NCBI GenBank assembly: GCA_963750165.1
Contig: CAVVPN010000011.1
Location: 32,001-96,000, forward strand
Length of the DNA: 64,000 bases
DNA from: an uncultured Gemmataceae bacterium
Lineage (GTDB): Bacteria > Planctomycetota > Planctomycetia > Gemmatales > Gemmataceae
Direction of reading: 5' to 3'
Shown: positions 55,095 to 64,000 of the stretch, in pieces
Layout: each line of letters starts with the position of its first letter
Position numbering within the stretch: the stretch's first letter is position 1
The notes under the pieces: generated by a model
Told to the model about the DNA's origin: nothing
Seen by the model: the letters and a program-made list of their open reading frames with translations, nothing else
Databases searched by the model: none
Position numbers and translations under genes: made by a program

Positions 55095-56062
<968 letters not shown>

Positions 56063-56065
<3 letters not shown>

Positions 56066-56665
56066 CCAAGGCTTCTCCATCATGGATACGATCTGCACCG
56101 CGAGTCGGTTGACGTTGTCCTGCTCGGCGGTGGTGAGCGATTGGCCGATTTCGGGCGTGAACGAGGCCAGGGACTGGACGATGACCGGCGGCTGCGGGTC
56201 GCCCGGCTTCAGCGGCGGGTCGTCGGCGCGGCGCGGCTTGTTCAGCGACAGCGGGTCGCCGATGTGGCCCGCCCGCAGGTCGCGCCACTTCACTTCCACC
56301 GTCAGCGTCGTCTCGGCGTTACGGATCTCGTTCAAATTGTTCTGCACGATCGTCGCCTTGGTGCGGCTGACGATGGTGCCGAGCAGCTCGGTGTCGGCTT
56401 TCTCGCGGCAGCTAGTGACCTTGAAGGGCGTCTTGTCCTCGATCTCGCGGATGACGGCCTGGGTCAGGTCGAATTCGAGATTCTGGCGCAAGGTGGTGTT
56501 CTTGAAGATGGGCACGTACACGGTGTGGATGCCCGAGTCGTAGTTCGGCTCGGTTGTGTAGCCGAGTACGTTGAAGTGGCCGTTGCCGGTGCACCCGACC
56601 AGCGCCGCCACCGCGCCCGCCAGCAGCAGACCGCCCACGCCACGGATCCAGCGCGTGCCTTTCAT
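56063..56665 (-). CDS. lptE: LPS assembly lipoprotein LptE-like
   Basis: Lipobox LVGC; IHTVYVPIFKN, EFDLTQAVIREI, ADTELLGTI and LAVQIV..MEKPW. Confidence 0.8.
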
Positions 56666-56720
56666 GGTCCGAACCTCCCTGTCCCCGCAGAGCAGGCGAG
56701 CCGCCTGCGCTACGGCAGAA

Positions 56721-57980
56721 CTACTGTCGCGGCCCCGTCAGCGCCGGCGGCAGCACCCCTGGCGCCGGCCCCAACTCCATGCCTGGCGTCAGCGTCGGTG
56801 GCACCGCGCCGATCTGCGCGCCCGGCCGCGGTTGCTCCGGCGGTGCCCTGCGATTCAATTCGGCCTCCAATCGGTCCTTCTGTTCCTTGGCCTTCTGGGC
56901 GTACTTGGTGCCCGGGTAGCGGCGCATCACAATCTCGTAGTAGAAGTACGCCGAGGCCGGATGGCCCTGGCGGCGGTAGAACTCCGCGAAGCCCCAATCC
57001 TTGTCCGCCTGCTGCAGCGAGATCGACGCCAGCTGGTTGGTGAAGAACTCCTTGCGCTCGTTGGCCAACTTGGGGAACGACGCCTGGGCCAGATTGATTA
57101 GCTCGCGCGCCTCGGCGACCTTGCGGCCATCGTACTCCGAGCCGCCGGTGGCCATCTGCTTGCAGATGATCGACAGCTCCAGCGCCTCCTCGGCGTGCTC
57201 GCTGCGCGGGTAGTTCTTGACGATCTCGTAGAAGTAATGGTCCGCCGCCGTCCAGTCCTCGCGGTAGAAGCGGACGCTGCCAACCAGGAAATACGCCTTG
57301 TCGCCCAGCGGTCCGCCCGGGTCGGTGATGTGGACCTGCTCCAGGTAGCGCAGCGCATGGCCCTCCATGTCGGTTAGCGGTTTGGTCTTCTCGAAATGCA
57401 TGAAGTTGCCCACCTGGTACAGCACGCGCTGGATGTCGTCGCTCTTGAACTTGGTCATCTCTACACGGGTGCTGTCGAGCCAGTAGTTGGCGATGTCGTA
57501 CAGGTGCCGCCGGGCCAGGTTGCCGAAGCGCGTTGAGGGGAAGGCGTTCAACAGCTTGATGTAGGTGTCGCCGGCGTTGGGATACTCGCCCAGCAGGCGC
57601 AGACAGTCGGCCTCATAGTAACACGCCTCCTCGGCGATCTGCGCCGGCGCCTTGGTGTTGTTGGCGATGCCGGCGAAGATCGGCCGGGCCTCGGCGTACT
57701 TGGCCTGATCGTACAGCTGGCGGGCGCCGGCCAGTTCAGTGGTCAGGGGACCGTCGATGGCGTGCGGGTCACGTTCCAGCTGGTCGCCGCGCAACACGAA
57801 GCTGTCGGTCGGGCCGGGCGGCGGCGGTGGTTTGGGACGGTTGAAGACGTTCCAGTTCGCGGGCCAACTGACGCAGCCGGCGGCGCAGGTCAGGGCGAAG
57901 TAGGCCACGACCGCCGCCCCCAGCGCGCGCAGGCAGCGGTGGGGCAGCATCGGCACACGCACGGCTTGGGTGGAACGCAT
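56721..57980 (-). CDS. bamD: TPR lipoprotein, outer-membrane assembly factor BamD-like
   Basis: Lipobox AAGC; TPR helices; AEFYRR.GH..SAYFYYE.V.RRYPGT..A C-terminal BamD-like motif. Start uncertain. Confidence 0.7.
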   Translation of the reverse strand: MRSTQAVRVPMLPHRCLRALGAAVVAYFALTCAAGCVSWPANWNVFNRPKPPPPPGPTDSFVLRGDQLERDPHAIDGPLTTELAGARQLYDQAKYAEARPIFAGIANNTKAPAQIAEEACYYEADCLRLLGEYPNAGDTYIKLLNAFPSTRFGNLARRHLYDIANYWLDSTRVEMTKFKSDDIQRVLYQVGNFMHFEKTKPLTDMEGHALRYLEQVHITDPGGPLGDKAYFLVGSVRFYREDWTAADHYFYEIVKNYPRSEHAEEALELSIICKQMATGGSEYDGRKVAEARELINLAQASFPKLANERKEFFTNQLASISLQQADKDWGFAEFYRRQGHPASAYFYYEIVMRRYPGTKYAQKAKEQKDRLEAELNRRAPPEQPRPGAQIGAVPPTLTPGMELGPAPGVLPPALTGPRQ

Positions 57981-57990
57981 CCCCACGACC

Positions 57991-58725
57991 TCAACTCCCC
58001 AGGTAAGGCAACAGGCGCGGCCGGCGCCCCATCAAGTAGGTCACGTACTGGTTCAGAACCTGCCGCACCTCGGCGCGGGCTTCCGGGCCGAGCGACCGCC
58101 AACCGTCGCCGGGCGCGTCCAGAACGCACAGCGCTTGCCAGCACGCCGTGGTGATCGGCCGATGGTCGCGCTGGCCGGGTGCGCATGCCGGGCACAGCAC
58201 CCCGCCCGCCGCCGGGCTGAACGCCTCGGCGCGGCCCGGCGCCTGGCCGCACAGGGCGCAACCGGTCAGGCTGGGCGCGTAGCCCAGCTCCCGCAACAGC
58301 ACGCACTCGAACCGCGCCAGCCGCGGCCCGGTGGGGACATCGGGCTCCCCGAGGGCCGCCAGCGTCGCCAGTGTCTCATCGAACAGGACCGGGTGAGGGT
58401 CGTAATCGCCGCTCCAATCCGCCAGCAGTTCCGCCATGTAGTAGGCCGCGTACAGGGCCGTCAGGTCGCTGCGCAACCGCGGGAAGCGCCGCACCACCTG
58501 TGCCTCCGTGAGCAGATCGAGGCCCCCGGAGGATTTGCGGAGCAGCCCTATACTGCAAACACTGAGCAGATCAAGGCCAAGTTCAAAGGGCGAACGCGGC
58601 CGCCGACCACCCTTGGCCAGGGCACGCACCTTGCCGAACTCGCGCGTCCAGAGCGTGGCGATGCGGCTGGTCTCACTGAAGTCCGTCGTGCGCAACACCA
58701 CCGCCAGGGCTGTTTCCGCCGCCAT
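57991..58725 (-). CDS. recO: DNA repair protein RecO
   Basis: AVVLRTTDFSETSRIATLWTREFGKVRALAKG; Zn-finger CALC...GGVLCPAC. Confidence 0.94.
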   Translation of the reverse strand: MAAETALAVVLRTTDFSETSRIATLWTREFGKVRALAKGGRRPRSPFELGLDLLSVCSIGLLRKSSGGLDLLTEAQVVRRFPRLRSDLTALYAAYYMAELLADWSGDYDPHPVLFDETLATLAALGEPDVPTGPRLARFECVLLRELGYAPSLTGCALCGQAPGRAEAFSPAAGGVLCPACAPGQRDHRPITTACWQALCVLDAPGDGWRSLGPEARAEVRQVLNQYVTYLMGRRPRLLPYLGS

Positions 58726-58766
58726 AACTGTTAGTCCTTCATGATCGTTCAGGTGGTTGACTGTGA

Positions 58767-58821
58767 GGGGGTGAGAGGGTGAAGGGGTGACAAAAACCTC
58801 GTTCACCCCTTCACTCCCTCA
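58767..58821. repeat. 8-mer tandem-inverted element (RRGGGTGA x3 / TCACYCCY x2)
   Basis: The right arm encodes the last ybeY codons and its TGA. Confidence 0.7.
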
Positions 58822-59261
58822 TCTTCGGCGATGTCCGGCAGCCCCAACTCGCGCAGATAGTGCCGCTCACGTGCGCGCATGGCCTTCGCCGCCTCGGGCG
58901 ATTTGTCGTCGTGGCCGCAGAGGTGCAGCAGTCCGTGGATGACGTAGAGCGCCAGTTCCGCGTGCACGTCATGACCGCGGGCCTGGGCCTGGGCCAGCGC
59001 CACCTCGGCGCCGATGACCAGTTCGCCGCTGAGCTTTTTGGCGCCGGGTTCGCTCATCGGGAAGCTGAGCACGTCGGTCGGCTCGTCGTGGTCGAGGTAG
59101 CGCTTGTTCAGGGTGTGGATGGTCGGGTTGTCCACGAAGGCCAGGCTGATTTCCGCGTCGGCGACGCCCTCGCCGTCGAGGACGGCGCGGGCCAGCTGGC
59201 GCAGCGCGGTGCGGTCGATGGGGACGGTTTCTTGTGGACTGGCAATGGCAATGCGGCCCAT
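58803..59261 (-). CDS. ybeY: rRNA maturation endoribonuclease YbeY
   Basis: LNKRY, PTDVLSF and HGLLHLCGHDD. Confidence 0.95.
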   Translation of the reverse strand: MGRIAIASPQETVPIDRTALRQLARAVLDGEGVADAEISLAFVDNPTIHTLNKRYLDHDEPTDVLSFPMSEPGAKKLSGELVIGAEVALAQAQARGHDVHAELALYVIHGLLHLCGHDDKSPEAAKAMRARERHYLRELGLPDIAEDEGVKG

Positions 59262-59378
59262 GATGGTGGCTTCCTCACGAGGTCCGGTGGAAGATTCCTC
59301 GCCCATTATGCGGCAACCGCCCCGAAACTGACAAGCGCGGTTGCGCCGCGGTGCGCCTCCGAGCGGCAGACAGACGGG

Positions 59379-60428
59379 CTATGGCATCCCCGCGCACCGC
59401 GTGATGGCGTCGATGGCCCACTGCGCCGCGTCGCGCACCAGCGGTTCGGGGTCGGCCAGCGCCCGCCGCAGCGCTGGCAGCGCCCGCGCGTCACCGCGGT
59501 TGCCGAGCACCACCGCCGCGTTGCGCAGCAGCCCACATCGTTTGGCCCGTGTCAACGCCGTGCCGTGAAACCGCCGGCGAAACTCCTCCTCCGACAGCCC
59601 CAGCAACTCCACCGCATCCAGCGCCTCCGCACCCGGCGGGCCAAGCAACTCCAGGTCGCCGCCGGCCGGCGCCTTGCGGTTCCACGGACACACTTCCTGG
59701 CACACGTCGCAGCCGAACAGCCAGTCGCCCACACCGGGCCGCAATTCCTCCGGGATCGGGCCGCGCAGCTCGATTGTTAAATAACTGATGCAGCGCCGGG
59801 CGTCGAGCCGATAGGGACCAGGAAACGCCGCCGTCGGGCAGGCGTCCAGGCAGGCGGTGCAGCTGCCGCAGTGCCGCGTTGCAAACGCCTCGTCGGGCTG
59901 CAATTCCACGTCCAGCAACAGCGCCCCGAGAAAGAAATAACTGCCCAGCGTTTTGTGGAGCAGCATGGTGTTCTTGCCGAACCAGCCCAGCCCAGCGCGA
60001 CGGGCGAAGTCGCGCTCCAGCAGTGGCGCGGTGTCCACGACGACGCGGCCGCGGCAGTCGGGACGCTCCGCGCGCACCCAGTCGAGCAGCGCCAGCAGGT
60101 GGCGGCGCAGCACGTCATGGTAATCCGCCCCGCGTGCATAGCGGGCCACACGCCCCCCCGAATCCGCCGCTTGCGGCTCAGTGCTCTCCGCCGCCGGCTT
60201 GTAACTGCGGCCGACCATGACCACGCTGCGCACCTCTGGCAGCACGGACTGCGGCCGGCGGTGGGCGTCCGCGTGGCGGTGCAAATACGCCATCTCGCCG
60301 GCGCAGCCCTCGTCGAGCCAGGCGCGAAAGGCGTCGAAGGTGTCGGCGGGCGTGGCGGCGGCGATGCCGGCCAGCTCGAAGCCGAGCCGCCGGGCCTGCT
60401 GCTTCAGACGCTGTTCCAGCGTGTCCAT
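59379..60428 (-). CDS. queG: tRNA epoxyqueuosine reductase
   Basis: ARYARGADYH, VDTAPLLER, GWFGKN, CGSCTACLDACPT, RCISYLTIE and GCDVCQEVCPWN. Confidence 0.96.
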   Translation of the reverse strand: MDTLEQRLKQQARRLGFELAGIAAATPADTFDAFRAWLDEGCAGEMAYLHRHADAHRRPQSVLPEVRSVVMVGRSYKPAAESTEPQAADSGGRVARYARGADYHDVLRRHLLALLDWVRAERPDCRGRVVVDTAPLLERDFARRAGLGWFGKNTMLLHKTLGSYFFLGALLLDVELQPDEAFATRHCGSCTACLDACPTAAFPGPYRLDARRCISYLTIELRGPIPEELRPGVGDWLFGCDVCQEVCPWNRKAPAGGDLELLGPPGAEALDAVELLGLSEEEFRRRFHGTALTRAKRCGLLRNAAVVLGNRGDARALPALRRALADPEPLVRDAAQWAIDAITRCAGMP

Positions 60429-60434
60429 GCGTGC

Positions 60435-60440
60435 ATTCTA
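60435..60440 (-). promoter_or_regulatory. -10 box implying leaderless queG mRNA
   Basis: TAGAAT 6 nt upstream of the ATG; no SD. Confidence 0.5.
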
Positions 60441-60682
60441 CCGAGACCGCCCCCGGGTTGAATCGTGGCGGACGTCGAATAGCGGCACCGGTTTCGCAGT
60501 CAAAGAGAAGGTTGTGACGAATCGAGGAAGGTTGGCGGCAGACGCTTGCACTGTCCGGCGGCCGTTTATACAACGGGACTGATCTCTTCCCAAAGTGTGC
60601 GTTGGGCGCGGATCCCGGGCGTGGGAAGGGTTGGCGGGCCTGCGCTGTGGCAGGCCGGGTTGTTTTTTCTTGGGGGCTGAGC

Positions 60683-61057
60683 ATGAAGATTTTTGTGGCG
60701 GCATTCTGCACCGTGGCCTCGCTGGCCATCCTGGCGGGCGTGGGCACGTCCGCGGTCGGCGGCGGCAAGTACACCATCAAGGAGATCATGGCGAAGGCGC
60801 ACAAGGGCGGCAAGAAGTCGCTGCTGTTCAAAATCGCCGCCGGCATGGGCGAGAAGAAGGACGCCGAGCAGCTGCTCGACCTGTACCAGGAGCTGGCCAA
60901 GAACAAGCCGCCGCAGGGCGAGGCCGCCAGCTGGAAGAAGAAGACCGACGCGATGGTCGCGGCCGCCAAGGAAGTGGTGGCGGGCAAGGAAGGCTCCGGT
61001 AAGAAATTGCAAATGTCGGTCAACTGCATGGGCTGCCACTCGGTCCACAAGGGCTAA
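60683..61057 (+). CDS. Small exported c-type cytochrome (class II/cytochrome c'-like)
   Basis: Signal peptide; helical body; C-terminal CMGCH. Confidence 0.8.
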   Translation: MKIFVAAFCTVASLAILAGVGTSAVGGGKYTIKEIMAKAHKGGKKSLLFKIAAGMGEKKDAEQLLDLYQELAKNKPPQGEAASWKKKTDAMVAAAKEVVAGKEGSGKKLQMSVNCMGCHSVHKG

Positions 61058-61077
61058 CCACGGGCGTGACGCCAGCG

Positions 61078-61108
61078 CTCCCCGCGCCCCACCCCTGGGC
61101 GCGGGGAG
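61078..61108 (+). terminator. Hairpin between the two cytochrome genes
   Basis: CTCCCCGCGCCC ... GGGCGCGGGGAG, with TTTTT shortly after. Confidence 0.45.
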
Positions 61109-61135
61109 TCCGCGTTTTTCGGCGGAGGGTGGACC

Positions 61136-61507
61136 ATGCGGGGCCTGATTGCGACGGGTAGTGTGGCGCTGGCGCTGATCCTGCTGGCGGGCGGGGCGCC
61201 TGCGGGCGGCGGCGACAAGCCCAAATACACCATCAAGGAGATCATGAAGCAGGCGCAGACTAGCGGCCTGGCCAAAAAGGTCACCACTGGCAAGGGCAAC
61301 CAGGCGGACGCCGCGGCCCTGCTCGACTATTACAAGGAGTTGGCCAGGAATACGCCGCCGGCCGGCGACAAGCTGGAGTGGAAATTGCGCACCGACGAGC
61401 TAATTCGTGCCGCCACCGCCGCGGTCAACGGCAACGCCAACGCCGGCATGCTGCTCAAGATGACCGCCATGAACTGCAACAAATGTCACAAGGAACACAA
61501 GGGCTAG
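61136..61507 (+). CDS. Small exported c-type cytochrome, paralog of the upstream gene
   Basis: KYTIKEIM shared with the upstream gene; C-terminal CNKCH; GGAGG RBS. Confidence 0.8.
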   Translation: MRGLIATGSVALALILLAGGAPAGGGDKPKYTIKEIMKQAQTSGLAKKVTTGKGNQADAAALLDYYKELARNTPPAGDKLEWKLRTDELIRAATAAVNGNANAGMLLKMTAMNCNKCHKEHKG

Positions 61508-61520
61508 AGCGGTTCGCAGT

Positions 61521-61590
61521 TGGGTGTAGCGGAAGTCGCCAGACTTCCGTCCGGTGCTGCTCGGAAGTCTGGCGACTTCCGCTACACCCA
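61521..61590. repeat. REP-like palindromic element family D (GTAG type)
   Basis: TGGGTGTAGCGGAAGTCGCCAGACTTCCG ... CGGAAGTCTGGCGACTTCCGCTACACCCA (perfect 29-bp arms). Confidence 0.88.
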
Positions 61591-61616
61591 TTCGCAATCT
61601 GCAATAAAGGTGCCCC

Positions 61617-62099
61617 ATGTTCGACGGACCCACGGTAGCCGCCGCCCTGCGTGACTGCGGCATCACCCACGTCGTCTGGATCCCCGACACCGAGCTGGGC
61701 ACCTGGGAGTCCGCGCTAACCGCGACGCCGGGGCTGACGCTGGTGCGCGTCTGCCGCGAGGGCGAAGCGTTCGCGGTCGCCGGCGGCCTGTGGCTGGGCG
61801 GCGCTCAGCCCCTCATCCTCATCCAGTGTACCGGCCTGTTCGAGGCCGGCGACGCCCTGCGCAACATCCTGCACGACCTGAAACTGCCGCTGTTCCTGGT
61901 GGTCGGCGTCCGCAGCTGGTACGCGCTGCAGCAGGGCAAGACCGCCGACACCTGCCCCGTCTTCACCGAGCCGATCCTCCAGGCCTGGCGGCTGCCATAC
62001 ACCCTGCTCGACAGCCGCCACGGTGCCGCGGACCTGGCGGCGGCCTACCGTCAGGCGCGGGCGGAGCGCCGGGCCGGCGTGGTGCTGCTGGCGGAGTGA
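61617..62099 (+). CDS. TPP-dependent decarboxylase alpha subunit (ComD/phosphonopyruvate decarboxylase N-terminal-like)
   Basis: GITHVVWIPD, VCREGEAFAVAGGL..GG..P...IQCTG. Confidence 0.8.
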   Translation: MFDGPTVAAALRDCGITHVVWIPDTELGTWESALTATPGLTLVRVCREGEAFAVAGGLWLGGAQPLILIQCTGLFEAGDALRNILHDLKLPLFLVVGVRSWYALQQGKTADTCPVFTEPILQAWRLPYTLLDSRHGAADLAAAYRQARAERRAGVVLLAE

Positions 62100-62102
62100 G
62101 CC

Positions 62103-62684
62103 ATGAATCCCATGACGCAACGTGAGGCGCTGGAAGTGCTGGCCGGGCACCGCGGCGAGCGTGTGGTCATCACCACCATGAGCGCGACCGGGCTGTGGCC
62201 GCAGCTGTCGGATTCGCCGCTGGACTTCCATTACATCCCGTCGGCGATGGGCCACGGGCCGAGCCTGGGCCTGGGGCTGGCGCTGGCGCAACCGGGCCGC
62301 GGCGTCATCGTGGTCAACGGCGACGGCTGCACGCTGATGAACCTCGGCTGCCTGGTGACGCTGGCGAACCATCCCGCGGATGTGTATCTGCTCATCATGG
62401 ACAACGGGCTGTACGAGGTGACCGGCGGCCAGCCGACGGCCGGGGCGGGCCACACGGACTTCGCCGGGCTGGCGCGGGCAGCGGGCATTGGCCGCGTGTA
62501 CGCCTTCGAGACCCTGGCAGCGTGGCGGGCGGGCGCGGCCGAGGCGCTGAGCGGGCCGGGGCCGGTGGCGGTCAGTCTGAAGGTGGAGGCCCGCTTCGGC
62601 CAGAAGACGCCGAAGCCGCCGCGGCCGATGGCGGAGCAGATCGCCCGGTTGCGGCAAGCACTGGGCGTCCGCGAGGCACCGTGA
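62103..62684 (+). CDS. TPP-dependent decarboxylase beta subunit (ComE-like)
   Basis: AMG...LGLGLALA; TPP motif GDG...MN...DNGLYEVTGGQPT. Confidence 0.85.
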   Translation: MNPMTQREALEVLAGHRGERVVITTMSATGLWPQLSDSPLDFHYIPSAMGHGPSLGLGLALAQPGRGVIVVNGDGCTLMNLGCLVTLANHPADVYLLIMDNGLYEVTGGQPTAGAGHTDFAGLARAAGIGRVYAFETLAAWRAGAAEALSGPGPVAVSLKVEARFGQKTPKPPRPMAEQIARLRQALGVREAP

Positions 62685-62696
62685 TCGGCGGGGCAA

Positions 62697-63929
62697 TCAG
62701 AACGCGAACTCGCCGCGGAAGAAGATGCCCTGCAGGTAAATATCTTCGCGCGACGGGCTGATTTCAGAGGATTTGTTGAGGTAGCCGTTCGTGCCAGTGT
62801 TGCCGACGTTCCACCAGTAATCGAACTCATAGCCGAAGCTGAAGCGCATCCAGCGGCCGCGCACCGGCGGCACGTACTCCAGGCCCAGCCGGTACGTCAA
62901 CTCCGGCACCGCCTGTGCCGAGTTGACGCGCGTCGCCGCACCGAACAGCGGCACCCCATTCGTGTACTCGTAATTCTGCTCGAACGATTGGTTGATGTCG
63001 CCGATCACCACCGCACCTTCAAGGCGGTTCAGCAGCGAGAGGCCCGGCACCCTGGGCGAGCTGTAGCGGAGATCGATCAGGCCGTGCGGGCCAGCGCCGA
63101 CGTAGTTGTTGGCCACGCGCTGCTCGATCAGACCGCCCTGCGCCTGGCTGTCGAAGTACAGCGCGGCCACGCGGACGCCGGCGCCCCAGTTGACGCTCCA
63201 GGCCGGCGCGAACAGCTGTGGGCCGCTGAAATAATCCAGATCGATCACGTTCATGTTCAGCCGGCTGCGCAGGAAGCCGGCGCCGAAGGCGTCGAAGTTG
63301 GCGATGGTGCCGGTGCCCTGGCTGACGACGGAAGCATACGTCAACTGCAGTTGGCCCATGTTGTCCGCCAGCTGGTAGCCGACGGCGATGCGCGGCGAAC
63401 CGGTCCACTCCAGCGACGCCGTCGGCAGCTGCAGCGTCTTGAACCCGTTCAGGTCATTGACCTGGCCGATCAACTGGTTCTTGACGTGCGGCCCGACCAG
63501 TCCGACTTCCAGGATGGTGTAGATGCCGGGTGGCGGCGCCAGCGGCCGCTCGTTAAAGGTCTCGCCGAGCAGCGGCGGCGCAAAGGGGCTGACGGGCGGC
63601 GGCGGGGGCGGCGGGGGCGGCGGATAGGTAAACGGAGCCGGCCCGGTCGTCAGCGGTTGCGGCGGCAGCAGCGTGGGCGTGCCCGGCGGCGGCGGGGGCG
63701 GCGGTTGTTGCACCACCGGTTGAAAACTGATCCCTGGGCGATACGTCGGCGGCGTCGGGTTCAAGCCGTTGTTCTGCACCGGCGCACCCAGGGTCGGGCC
63801 GGGGTTGCCGACGGCCACGGGCTGCGGCGGTGGCGGCGCCACCACCTGCGCGAAGGCGTCCGCGGGCTGCCAGCAGTTCAGCAGGCCCAGCACGCATACC
63901 AGCGAACGGAGATGGCGTTGGCGCGGCAT
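62697..63929 (-). CDS. Planctomycete outer-membrane beta-barrel protein with Pro-rich N-terminal region
   Basis: Signal peptide; poly-Pro linker; amphipathic beta-strands; ends QGIFFRGEFAF (terminal Phe BAM signal). Confidence 0.75.
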   Translation of the reverse strand: MPRQRHLRSLVCVLGLLNCWQPADAFAQVVAPPPPQPVAVGNPGPTLGAPVQNNGLNPTPPTYRPGISFQPVVQQPPPPPPPGTPTLLPPQPLTTGPAPFTYPPPPPPPPPPVSPFAPPLLGETFNERPLAPPPGIYTILEVGLVGPHVKNQLIGQVNDLNGFKTLQLPTASLEWTGSPRIAVGYQLADNMGQLQLTYASVVSQGTGTIANFDAFGAGFLRSRLNMNVIDLDYFSGPQLFAPAWSVNWGAGVRVAALYFDSQAQGGLIEQRVANNYVGAGPHGLIDLRYSSPRVPGLSLLNRLEGAVVIGDINQSFEQNYEYTNGVPLFGAATRVNSAQAVPELTYRLGLEYVPPVRGRWMRFSFGYEFDYWWNVGNTGTNGYLNKSSEISPSREDIYLQGIFFRGEFAF

Positions 63930-64000
63930 GACGTGCCTCCCGGACATGGGAACCGATCCGACTGTCAGGCGGCCCATACGCCAGCGGGGCAGACGGCACA

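Overview
High-GC chromosomal window from a planctomycete. A Gemmataceae-type lineage is inferred from two DUF1559 prepilin cassettes, DUF1549/DUF1553 and planctomycete cytochrome c proteins, an ECF sigma factor/Ser-Thr kinase pair, and the tmRNA tag AEPQFSMAA. Most of the window is housekeeping and lineage-typical genes: ssrA, queA, kbl, cysK, ppk1, rpsA-like, ilvD, proA, cdaA/cdaR, folP, lptE, bamD, recO, ybeY and queG. It also holds a large secreted Ig/beta-propeller/cohesin-dockerin protein, a CP-ATP-grasp/alpha-E/transglutaminase operon, three toxin-antitoxin-type loci (two of them decayed), and many palindromic (REP-like) and short tandem-inverted repeats at gene junctions. I found no CRISPR array, rRNA, tRNA, intact transposase or intact integrase. 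About nine single-base frameshifts, several in conserved genes, most likely reflect long-read sequencing errors. No single novel system can be claimed with confidence. The best leads are: 7/8/9-mer tandem-inverted elements that sit on start and stop codons, an unassigned ~130-nt structured RNA candidate, a MacA-MacB periplasmic-domain fusion, a HEPN protein with a non-canonical partner, an RRM/S1/small-protein cluster, and a Mesh1-like alarmone hydrolase next to ssrA. All family assignments come from motif recognition by eye, not database searches.
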